This document shows, piece after piece, positions 19,987 to 27,648 of a stretch of DNA of 32,000 nt; within the stretch, counting starts at the first letter, position 1; each line of letters begins with the position of its first letter. Under the pieces are notes generated by a model. The model saw only the letters and a list, made by a program, of their open reading frames with translations. It ran no database searches and was not told the origin of the DNA. This DNA comes from Copranaerobaculum intestinale (GTDB lineage Bacteria > Bacillota_I > Bacilli_A > Erysipelotrichales > Erysipelotrichaceae), in assembly GCF_009831105.1 (NCBI RefSeq), contig NZ_WUUQ01000001.1, positions 1-32,000 of the forward strand, given 5' to 3'. A program made the translations under genes and the position numbers.

Positions 19987-20705
19987 TAACGAATACTCAC
20001 ATATTTATAAGATGTATATTCCGGGCGATTATAGGATAACGTATATTCCACTAATTCCTGCTGTTCACTATGTCCTTGATAAGCAAATACAAATGCCCGC
20101 TCCCCTTCCCTCATATTCAGGTATCGAGCTTTATCTGCATCAAGCGGTTCCACCCATAAGCGCGAACTAATATGAACCGGCATTTTTTTCTTCGTATCCA
20201 TATAGTCATAAAGTGAACCATCTTTAAAATCATAGCGATCTGCATCAGGAAATAACAAATAAGGGAAATAAGCCTTTTGTAAAGCATATGGTTCATTATT
20301 TGCAAACAGAAGACGTACCAGTTCATAAAAGGTATCATACTGCGGAAACAGCTCCTGCAGTCTGGGAATCGCCGCAATTTTTTGAAAAGAGATGATCTCC
20401 TTGCGGGGATCCATCCCCCCCATACGGATATCTACACTTAAACGGGTAGAACTATTCATTCCCAATTCAATACGATTGCTGTTTGCTTTTGTTACATAGG
20501 TTCCTTTTCCATGAACGCTGACAAGATAGCCCTCCTCAATCAGCAGACCAACGGTTCTGCGAATCGTCATGCGGTTAATACCATATAATTTAGCCATTTC
20601 CCGCTCGGATGGTATTTTCATTCCTGTGCAATATTCTCCGCGATGAATTTTTTCAATGATACTGTCCTTCAGTTGTAAATATAAAGGCTGAGCATAATTA
20701 TTCAT
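19986..20705 (-). CDS. GntR/HutC-family transcriptional regulator (wHTH + UTRA domain)
   Basis: N-terminal KIPSEREMAKLYGINRMTIRRTVGLLIEEGYLVSVHGKGTYV is the GntR wHTH. The C-terminal part is UTRA-like. 239 aa. Confidence 0.9.
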   Translation of the reverse strand: MNNYAQPLYLQLKDSIIEKIHRGEYCTGMKIPSEREMAKLYGINRMTIRRTVGLLIEEGYLVSVHGKGTYVTKANSNRIELGMNSSTRLSVDIRMGGMDPRKEIISFQKIAAIPRLQELFPQYDTFYELVRLLFANNEPYALQKAYFPYLLFPDADRYDFKDGSLYDYMDTKKKMPVHISSRLWVEPLDADKARYLNMREGERAFVFAYQGHSEQQELVEYTLSYNRPEYTSYKYVSIR

Positions 20706-21214
20706 ACGGAAACCCCGCTTTCGAAAACATAAAAATCCGGAACAGCCGCAATTTCAAAATACTCTATGCAGCGCTGCGATTTATCAAATGTCTTTCCTTT
20801 TAAGACAAGCACTTCATCATCTGTCAGTTCCAGCAACCTTTTTTCATTTTCGCTAGCTTTCACAAGCAGAATTTCCTCTTCACTCTTTCTAATTTCAATT
20901 TGATATTCATCATTCAGAAATTGGTAAAAGGAACGATCATTCAATTGGACCTGTTCCATTCCCGGTACCAGCTCTTCAGGAATATAACTCGTTTCAATCG
21001 TTTTAGGCTGACCCTCTACAATTCTTAAACGTTGAAAAAAGATTAACGGCGAGGCCAGAGAAACCTGCAATTTCTGAGAAAGATATCGATTTGCTTCTAA
21101 TATCTCATTTTTTAAAATACGGATTTCACAAGTCAAGCCAGCATCTTCCAGTGCTTTTGTCGTAGACGAAAACTTAGCTAGCTGACGTGTAATTTGGATT
21201 CGTTTATTCTTCAT
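20702..21214 (-). CDS. Stand-alone UTRA-domain protein (HutC-type effector domain without the wHTH)
   Basis: The 170-aa product aligns by eye to the C-terminal (UTRA) part of HutC regulators (…RIVEGQPKTIETSYIPEELVP…SFYQFLNDEY…) and has no HTH. The ATG at 21214 has GAGG 5 nt upstream. Its stop overlaps the gntR-A start (ATGA). Confidence 0.7.
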   Translation of the reverse strand: MKNKRIQITRQLAKFSSTTKALEDAGLTCEIRILKNEILEANRYLSQKLQVSLASPLIFFQRLRIVEGQPKTIETSYIPEELVPGMEQVQLNDRSFYQFLNDEYQIEIRKSEEEILLVKASENEKRLLELTDDEVLVLKGKTFDKSQRCIEYFEIAAVPDFYVFESGVSV

Positions 21215-21234
21215 AAGACCTCGCCTTCCATGCA

Positions 21235-21295
21235 AAGTGGTATAAGTGGTCTAAACCATTTCCTCTATTGTATCGAATTCACGAAAGTTCTTCAA
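21235..21295 (-). promoter_or_regulatory. Promoter and HutC-type operator upstream of the UTRA-only/gntR-A pair
   Basis: Minus strand: TTGAAG (21290-21295), 17 nt spacer, TACAAT (21267-21272). Downstream lie TGGTCTAAACCA (21247-21258, GGT-N-TA-N-ACC core) and the AAGTGGTATA half-site (21235-21244). Confidence 0.5.
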
Positions 21296-21311
21296 GTCCA
21301 AACGATAACGA

Positions 21312-22415
21312 TCATTTTAATTGGAAAGTAACCGTTACCGGATTGTGATCTGAATACATAAAATCCGTGTCAATGTTGGTAGCAGCTGCTTCAATATTGT
21401 CAGATACGATAAATCCATCCAGAACTGCCGTGTAATTTACATTCTTTTGATATGGCATATCCGTGCTTCGGCAGGTGGCAACTTCTTTTTTATTATCTGC
21501 CTGAACAATATGGAAATGTTCTGCGATATCTTTATCATGAATCTGGAATACCCATGCCGGTACTTTCTGTTCAGTTTGAAATGTATGAAGGGAATCTGCA
21601 ATATCATGGTTGAAATCGCCCCCGACAATTACATAATTTCCCTTTTTATATTCATCACTCATTGCCTTATTTAATACTTTCAACTGTTTTTGACGAATTT
21701 TACCGCCTTTATCATAAGCTGACATATGCGAATTGATCAACACCAGATCCTTGCCGTTATCCAACGGTATCCGGCTAACCATAAAACAGCGATCCAAATC
21801 TGTGAATTTTGTAATGAAGCTGTTATCTACCGGATATTGGCGGCGTACCGTATCCTTGACTTGATATTTACTCAAGGTAAGCAGTCCCGCCTTTACTGCC
21901 CCATGCGGTTCATGAAATGGATACAGTAAATACGCAGAATGAAAATTCAAAGTGAAAATATCCGCATAATGCTTCATCGCCTTTTCGATCTTTGCCCGCT
22001 GATCAACATGAAAACTGCGGGTTGCGTCAACATCTACTTCCTGAAAAAAGTAGAAATCAGAGCTTTCCCGTTGAATTGTATCAATTACCCCGCTGGTATT
22101 GTCTAATACAATTTTTTCACTTTGCGCACGTCCATTTTTACCCTGGACTTTCGTACCGTCCTTCATTTCCCCGCTGTCCATAAAGAATGAAAAATCATGG
22201 TCATAAGCACCGAAACCGATATTATACGTGGTTAACGTAAACGTTTGTGAAGCTTTTGCCATTGAAATTTGCTGATTCTCTGTTTTCACATTGGTATTGT
22301 CGGCAATGCGATAATATTGGAAACTCATGTAGCCAACATATCCGGCTACAAACAAAATTGGTATCAGAAGCAGAATACCGATCGTTAAAAGAATGCGTTT
22401 TGTACGTTTTTTCAT
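21312..22415 (-). CDS. Membrane-anchored endonuclease/exonuclease/phosphatase (EEP) family protein
   Basis: N-terminal TM helix (ILLTIGILLLIPILFVAGYVGYM). EEP motifs LTTYNIGFG, FFQEVD, VGGDFNH and C-terminal SDHNPV. Confidence 0.8.
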   Translation of the reverse strand: MKKRTKRILLTIGILLLIPILFVAGYVGYMSFQYYRIADNTNVKTENQQISMAKASQTFTLTTYNIGFGAYDHDFSFFMDSGEMKDGTKVQGKNGRAQSEKIVLDNTSGVIDTIQRESSDFYFFQEVDVDATRSFHVDQRAKIEKAMKHYADIFTLNFHSAYLLYPFHEPHGAVKAGLLTLSKYQVKDTVRRQYPVDNSFITKFTDLDRCFMVSRIPLDNGKDLVLINSHMSAYDKGGKIRQKQLKVLNKAMSDEYKKGNYVIVGGDFNHDIADSLHTFQTEQKVPAWVFQIHDKDIAEHFHIVQADNKKEVATCRSTDMPYQKNVNYTAVLDGFIVSDNIEAAATNIDTDFMYSDHNPVTVTFQLK

Positions 22416-22523
22416 AAGAACCCTCCAAAAAAAAGAAGAACAAAAAAAGCTTAGCTGCTGGTCGTTTTCTTGTTCTCTTCGCTGATGATGAACTTTCCTT
22501 TATTGTACTCCACTTGTGAATGA

Positions 22524-22551
22524 TTGTAAATCCATGTTTATCCGTTATAAT
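22524..22551 (+). promoter_or_regulatory. Candidate sigma-A promoter for the ANT(6) gene
   Basis: TTGTAA (22524-22529), 16 nt spacer, TATAAT (22546-22551), 16 nt upstream of the ATG at 22568. Confidence 0.45.
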
Positions 22552-22567
22552 AAGGATAGGTGATACA

Positions 22568-23440
22568 ATGCGAACAGAAGCAGAAATGATGCAGCTTTTA
22601 CTGGAAACGGCAAAGCAGGATACAAATATTGTAGGTGTTTACCAAAACGGTTCCCGTGCAAATCCCAAGGTGCAGAAAGACATATTTCAGGATTATGATA
22701 TTGTCTATGTTGTGCAGAAAACCGCGCCCTACATTTTCGATAAAACATGGATTGACCGATTTGGCGAACGGTTATTGATGCAGGATGTAGGAGCAGAGGG
22801 AACAAACGCACAGCAGCATGAATATTACGGCTGGCTGATGCTGTTTACAGATGGTAACCGCATTGATTTGCATATTGAAACAATCTCCCATATGCAGGCA
22901 CACATCAGTGATGAGTCGCTCTGTGAGATATTGCTGGACAAGCAGGATGTTTTCCCAGAGCTGCCCATTTCGAGCGACCGTTCCTTCTGGATCAAAAAAC
23001 CATCCCAAACGGAATTCTCACAGACCTGCAATGAATTTTGGTGGTGTCTTAACAATGTAGCAAAAGGTATTTGGCGCGGTGATGACAGTTACGCATTTGA
23101 TCAGCTGAATTACTATGTGCGTCCGATGCTGTTGCGACTATTGGAATGGAAAGCCGGAAGCATGCAAGATTTTCAGTGCAGCGGCGGAAAAAGCGGAAAA
23201 TATCTGAAAATCTATTTAAGTGAACACCTTTGGAAACGATATTTGAAGACGTATGTAGGATATGACAGTGACCTTACTTCTGCTTTGCTGGATATGATGA
23301 CACTATTTGAGGAACAGGCAATACTGGTCAGTCAGGCACTTCATTACTCCTATCATATAAAAGAGGGTAAAAATGCCCAGCTTTATGTCCGTCAGGTTCT
23401 CTCTTTATCCCCTGATGCCACATCAATTTTCTCATCCTGA
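22568..23440 (+). CDS. aadK: Aminoglycoside 6-nucleotidyltransferase ANT(6) family (streptomycin adenylyltransferase, AadK/AadE-like)
   Basis: MRTEAEMMQLLLETAKQD...GSRANPKVQKDIFQDYDIVYVV...DGNRIDLHI...CNEFWWCLNNVAKGIWR matches my recollection of AadK/ANT(6) end to end. The ATG at 22568 follows AAGGATAGG. The longer ORF start at 22520 is unlikely. Confidence 0.85.
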   Translation: MRTEAEMMQLLLETAKQDTNIVGVYQNGSRANPKVQKDIFQDYDIVYVVQKTAPYIFDKTWIDRFGERLLMQDVGAEGTNAQQHEYYGWLMLFTDGNRIDLHIETISHMQAHISDESLCEILLDKQDVFPELPISSDRSFWIKKPSQTEFSQTCNEFWWCLNNVAKGIWRGDDSYAFDQLNYYVRPMLLRLLEWKAGSMQDFQCSGGKSGKYLKIYLSEHLWKRYLKTYVGYDSDLTSALLDMMTLFEEQAILVSQALHYSYHIKEGKNAQLYVRQVLSLSPDATSIFSS

Positions 23441-23494
23441 TCCTGTTTACTGGATGATATAAGTGCTTATCTTCCTTTTGTTACATGATGAAAT

Positions 23495-23521
23495 AGGATA
23501 TGCATGCGCATATCCTTTTTA
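23495..23521 (+). terminator. Terminator between the convergent ANT(6) and XRE genes
   Basis: AGGATATGC-ATGC-GCATATCCT (23495-23516) followed by TTTTTAT. Confidence 0.6.
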
Positions 23522-23524
23522 TAT

Positions 23525-24574
23525 TCAGCAATATTGATTTACAATCTCAAAGAAGGCATCCTGCTCCCGCAAAAATGCAGTTTCTTCATCGTGAAGCAAT
23601 GCTTCTATAATATTTTTTTGCATAGCTTCCTGAAATCCCGTATCCAGATCTTTCGTTTTCAGGTGCTGGTACAGCGGATTTCCCTTCATGTTCCATGGTC
23701 GGCGTATGGAAGTAAGCAGGTGCGGTAGGATTTCCAAGGTGTGTTTCACATCTTGACATTTCACATAATATTCAAAATGCGCAATATAGGACGTGTATTC
23801 CCACTGATGAAATATTTCAGCAGCAGTCTTGGAGGTTTCTGCGATATACAGCGCGTCAGGCTTACGGTTTTCTTTAAATGCAAGATTCATGAGTGTCGAA
23901 AGTAAGCTCTGCATTTCCTGAACCGTAACCAGCAGCTTTTCTTCAAGCATAGAAGCTGCTTTTGCATATTGTCCTTGTGCTGCATACAAATTTGCTTGAA
24001 GCTGTTTTTTATCGATTGATAGCCGATCTGGAATTTCATTCAGCATAGACTTAGCTTTTTCATACTCATGGCGATTCATATAACGCGAGATCAGCATTTG
24101 CTGCGCTTGGGCAACAACCTGCGGCTGGTCACTGGCAAGCGCCCGTTCATACAGCTTTTCAATATTTTTTTCCGCTTCTGCTCTCACCGTTTCATGAACT
24201 GAGCTCATGACTAGCATACCATCCAGCACTGCCGCTGTACTTACAAGCAACAAATAACAATTAGGAAATTCCCGGATTTTTTGCATTGCCTTTTGATAAA
24301 CATCATCAAATTCAGAAGTATCAGTCATTGCGGATAAATCATTTAAAAATACTCCTATTTCATTTTCGCTTAAATCCTCCTGATAAGAAAGCAAGGTATT
24401 TAAATCAGTTTCCAGAAGTCTTGCCAAGGCGGGCAGTAGAGTTATATCCGGATAACTGATTCCCTTTTCCCACTTATTAACTGCGGGAGTGCTGACACCC
24501 AATGCATTGGCTATATCCTCCTGCGTCAATTTTAAATACCGTCGTTTTGCCTTCATGATTTCCTGAAATTTCAT
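23525..24574 (-). CDS. XRE-family HTH regulator with C-terminal TPR-like repeat domain (RNPP/Rgg-like architecture)
   Basis: N-terminus LKLTQEDIANALGVSTPAVNKWEKGISYPDITLLPALARLL is an HTH_3 motif. The C-terminal 270 aa or so are helical, with TPR-like repeats (YMNRHEYEKAKSMLNEI, LYAAQGQYAKAASMLEE). AAAGGAGAA RBS. Confidence 0.8.
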   Translation of the reverse strand: MKFQEIMKAKRRYLKLTQEDIANALGVSTPAVNKWEKGISYPDITLLPALARLLETDLNTLLSYQEDLSENEIGVFLNDLSAMTDTSEFDDVYQKAMQKIREFPNCYLLLVSTAAVLDGMLVMSSVHETVRAEAEKNIEKLYERALASDQPQVVAQAQQMLISRYMNRHEYEKAKSMLNEIPDRLSIDKKQLQANLYAAQGQYAKAASMLEEKLLVTVQEMQSLLSTLMNLAFKENRKPDALYIAETSKTAAEIFHQWEYTSYIAHFEYYVKCQDVKHTLEILPHLLTSIRRPWNMKGNPLYQHLKTKDLDTGFQEAMQKNIIEALLHDEETAFLREQDAFFEIVNQYC

Positions 24575-24637
24575 ACATTTCTCCTTTATCTGTATCCATT
24601 ATAGCAACAACCCTGATCATCAGCCATTGAAGGATCA

Positions 24638-24661
24638 TTAACTTTTTGTTAGAAAAGTTAA
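24638..24661. promoter_or_regulatory. Perfect inverted repeat, candidate operator upstream of the XRE/TPR gene
   Basis: TTAACTTTT (24638-24646), TGTTAG spacer, AAAAGTTAA (24653-24661). About 65 bp upstream of the regulator start codon. Confidence 0.4.
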
Positions 24662-24902
24662 CCGAAATGAAAAGAGTTGTACAGCAGACAAATCCAAGAT
24701 TTTATTAAAGATGGGAAATAGATTCTCACATCATTCAATTATAAGGACAGGAAAACTACTTAAATAATCCCGATAGTTCAACATTTTTCATATTATATGC
24801 AATAATGTTTGGCTTGAAAAGGTGCAATGAATATCTCAGCTTCAGCTTTATGAATAGATAGAAAGCTTTTATTATTATCTCAAAAATCAAATTCAAGAAT
24901 GC

Positions 24903-24939
24903 CAATAAGAAAAGACTGTCAACTTTTTTGTCAACAGTC
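24903..24939 (-). terminator. Rho-independent terminator after the secreted hydrolase gene
   Basis: The minus-strand RNA GACUGUUGAC-AAAAAA-GUUGACAGUC forms a 10-bp stem with two G-U pairs, followed by UUUUCUUAUU. It lies about 100 nt downstream of the stop at 25039. Confidence 0.55.
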
Positions 24940-25038
24940 TAAGGTAGTAATTTAATAAACAATCATTCTCTTGATTCTCTGTTAAAAAATCGCATATTTA
25001 TAATTGAGGACTTCCGTTAGATAATCAAAATCCCTAAT

Positions 25039-26058
25039 TTATCGTACATGATATAGAATTCTTTTATTATTATCTACTGGCCAATTTGTTTCATTACTCC
25101 ATTTGTGATAATTAGTTGTATGTTGTGCTATTTTGACAGTTCCACCTGCTTTGCTAGTGATAAATGCACAATGGTCTGCAACTCCATCTCCGCCAAAATC
25201 TGATGCAATAAAGCTTCCCGGTTTAGCGGTTGCCATTAGCAGTGACCATTTGTTGGTAGATCCTCTTCCCATATATCTTGTAAATGTATCTGCATTTATC
25301 CAAGAAATCGATCTTTTAGATCCGCTACGATACCACCAACCTGAATTCTCATTTCCTGTATATACTTCATTTACTCCAGCGGCTTTTAATATTTGGGAAA
25401 CAAAATTTGTACAGTCACTGCTCCAAGTATAATAATTAGGATTTGGCTTAACTGCATATTTTGTTGCGTAATTTATGCCTGCCTGTAAGTTTGGCAAAGG
25501 CATACTACGTAAACTTACTTTTAAATCATCAATACTCATTGAGTCATAATAGTTTGGTAAATTTTCTTCTAAATAATTTAGAGTTGATTGAGATCCAGTT
25601 TTATTATACTCAGATATAGAAGCTTGCAATTCTTTATTAACATCAAAATTTTCAAAAATATCAAAAAAGGCTAGCATTTCACCTATGTCTTCATAAGATA
25701 AAATCCCATTCTCAGTGATTTCTTTAACAGTTTGGTAGTATGTTTGATAATTTGATGAAATCAAATCATCAAGGTCAAATTTCTCCTTAATAAGGCTTAA
25801 TTGTGACTTATATTTATCAATGAAATTTGATAAAGCTCTTTCTTGATTCTCAAATGTTATCAATAAGTCAATCTGTGAATTACGTAACTTTGCCTCATTT
25901 GTTGTTACTTTATCAAAGCTACCATTTTTGTTTAATCTATCTGCATAATACTCGCCTTTATTAATTTGATTTTCATTTGATTCAGCATAAACATTGCTAA
26001 AAGGTGTTATGAAGCAAAAAATAGAAAAAGTAAGTAATAAAACTTTAAATTTTTTCAT
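25039..26058 (-). CDS. Secreted protein with C-terminal putative amidase domain (Amidase_6 / NlpC-P60- or CHAP-like Cys-His hydrolase)
   Basis: Sec signal peptide MKKFKVLLLTFSIFCFITPFSNVYA|ES and a helical N-terminal region of about 170 aa. The C-terminal motif set is YATKYAVKPNPNYYTWSSDCTNFVSQILKAAG ... GDGVADHCAFITS ... IAQHT. The coding sequence is very AT-rich. Confidence 0.7.
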   Translation of the reverse strand: MKKFKVLLLTFSIFCFITPFSNVYAESNENQINKGEYYADRLNKNGSFDKVTTNEAKLRNSQIDLLITFENQERALSNFIDKYKSQLSLIKEKFDLDDLISSNYQTYYQTVKEITENGILSYEDIGEMLAFFDIFENFDVNKELQASISEYNKTGSQSTLNYLEENLPNYYDSMSIDDLKVSLRSMPLPNLQAGINYATKYAVKPNPNYYTWSSDCTNFVSQILKAAGVNEVYTGNENSGWWYRSGSKRSISWINADTFTRYMGRGSTNKWSLLMATAKPGSFIASDFGGDGVADHCAFITSKAGGTVKIAQHTTNYHKWSNETNWPVDNNKRILYHVR

Positions 26059-26081
26059 AATTGACTTTGGTATAAACCCAT

Positions 26082-26558
26082 TTAGTTATACCACTCCTTT
26101 GCTTTTATGTTTAGAATAGAAAACAATGTGAAAACGAATAATAAAAAAGACAGAAAATAATTCTTAAAAGCTAAGACACCAACAAAATAAGACGTTAATA
26201 TAATAAACATTTCAGACCCATTAAATTTTGCAAATATGGATAATATTAAGGTTATGATAATAAAAGTAATTGAAAGAAGAAAAAATAATATTTGTAATTT
26301 ATGCTTACTCGAAGATAAGAAAAATAGAAATCCATATACTAATATCTGCAAAAAAGTAATAACAATAACTGAATTGGATACTTCAAAAAAAGCATAGTAA
26401 AGTTCCGTACTATCATGACAAAATTCAGCCAGTGAAACGAAGTAACCTTCGGGCAGTGCACCGGCTCCATTATCTGTTATTAACACAAATAATAATCCTG
26501 ATAAAAAAAGAAAGATAATCATACAAGCAAAGATCAGAATGCGTTTTCTATTGTCCAT
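26082..26558 (-). CDS. Small polytopic membrane protein of unknown function
   Basis: 158 aa with 4-5 hydrophobic spans (ILIFACMIIFLFLSGLLFVLI, VIVITFLQILVYGFLFFL, ILFFLLSITFIIITLILSIF, and others). GGAGGAAAG RBS. It ends 23 nt upstream of the hydrolase gene on the same strand. I recognise no motif. Confidence 0.6.
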   Translation of the reverse strand: MDNRKRILIFACMIIFLFLSGLLFVLITDNGAGALPEGYFVSLAEFCHDSTELYYAFFEVSNSVIVITFLQILVYGFLFFLSSSKHKLQILFFLLSITFIIITLILSIFAKFNGSEMFIILTSYFVGVLAFKNYFLSFLLFVFTLFSILNIKAKEWYN

Positions 26559-26705
26559 AGCTTTCCTCCATGCTGTCTATACACATTAAAACCTTTTGAA
26601 ATCTTTAAAAAACCATAATACCACCTCCGTTATCATCATCTACATTAAATCATATATGAATGATAATTTTGAAATTACGTTACTAAATTTGCACTTTTTG
26701 TCGTT

Positions 26706-26742
26706 TAATTGAATTTACTGCAAACTTCGACAGTAATTGAAT
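26706..26742 (+). repeat. Direct repeat TAATTGAAT x2, candidate LytTR binding sites
   Basis: TAATTGAAT occurs at 26706-14 and 26734-42 (28 nt start to start). The second copy ends 9 nt upstream of the -35 of the LytTR gene promoter. Confidence 0.4.
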
Positions 26743-26751
26743 AAAAATGCG

Positions 26752-26780
26752 TTGACCGCATAAATTTTACTTGTTATATT
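26752..26780 (+). promoter_or_regulatory. Sigma-A promoter for the LytTR regulator gene
   Basis: TTGACC (26752-26757), 17 nt spacer, TATATT (26775-26780). An AGGGGGA RBS lies upstream of the ATG at 26802. Confidence 0.5.
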
Positions 26781-26801
26781 CAGTATAGGGGGACATCATT
26801 T

Positions 26802-27476
26802 ATGAAAGTTGCATATCTTGGAAATGATAAAGATGTTATTACTCACATAAATTATTTACGTTCGAAAAAATTTTTAAATGTTGTTTTTTTAATTTATCCA
26901 TATATAGACACAGAAAATGATTTTTTTAACAACCATATTTTTATATTTGATGTTGATGATCTAGGTGAGGAAAGTTTAAATTTAGCAAGAAACATTTCAA
27001 AATTTGATCGGGACAAGCTCGTAATACTGATAGACACAAATTCATGCTTCGTATTAGAAGGTTACCGTCACAATGTATATCGATATTATAAAAAACGTAT
27101 CTTTATAGAAAACATCAAGGAAATCATGGAAGAATTAAAGGGGGAGGCTTGCAGAAGATTTCATGAGCATTATCTTATTTTGGAATATAAAGGTACTTTA
27201 CATAAATTAAAATTCAAAGATATTTTATACTGTATTTCTTATGATAATTATACATTCATTGAAACGTTAAATGGTATGTATAAATTCAGAATAGTTTTTA
27301 AAAGTATTAAAAACAAATTTATTAAGTCAGTTTTCGTAGAGGTAAATAGAGGTGTTATTGTTAATTCTGATTTTGTAAATAAAGTGGATAAAAAACAGAA
27401 AATTATATATTTAGAAAATGGTAAATATATACATGCAAGCAGAGCTGGTATTTATAAAATGACCAGTCTATTATGA
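26802..27476 (+). CDS. LytTR-family DNA-binding regulator with REC-like N-terminal domain (orphan AgrA/ComE-type response regulator)
   Basis: C-terminal LytTR pattern ...KFKDILYCISYDNYTFIETLNGMYKF...FVEVNRGVIVNSDFVNKVD...IYLENGKYIHASRAG. The N-terminal domain has receiver-like features (IFIFDVDDLGEESLNLARNI, LVILIDTNS, YYKK). No histidine kinase gene is in the window. Confidence 0.75.
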   Translation: MKVAYLGNDKDVITHINYLRSKKFLNVVFLIYPYIDTENDFFNNHIFIFDVDDLGEESLNLARNISKFDRDKLVILIDTNSCFVLEGYRHNVYRYYKKRIFIENIKEIMEELKGEACRRFHEHYLILEYKGTLHKLKFKDILYCISYDNYTFIETLNGMYKFRIVFKSIKNKFIKSVFVEVNRGVIVNSDFVNKVDKKQKIIYLENGKYIHASRAGIYKMTSLL

Positions 27477-27613
27477 ATTTACTTAAAAGAAATAAGCGTT
27501 ACATGCGTACGACGTTTTAATATTGCTGAATCTATAAATATCGAAGTCGTTGAACTGTCACCCGTAATTAATTTTTTAACTGCCCTATATAGGGCTATTC
27601 GCTTTTTTAATAA

Positions 27614-27648
27614 AGAAAAGACATCTGTTTTAAAACGATGTCTTTTCT
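27614..27648. terminator. Strong hairpin between the convergent LytTR gene and PTS operon B
   Basis: AGAAAAGACATC (27614-27625), 11-nt loop, GATGTCTTTTCT (27637-27648) form a perfect 12-bp stem. A smaller palindrome GCCCTATATAGGGC (27582-27595) followed by a T-run lies upstream. Confidence 0.55.

Noticed and set aside
24710-24860. Other mini-ORFs in the XRE/hydrolase intergenic region (18 codons at 24710-24766, 18 codons at 24804-24860, and an 8-codon ORF).
   Set aside because: They have no RBS, no signal-peptide or pheromone-like hydrophobic character, and are of a size expected by chance in AT-rich DNA.
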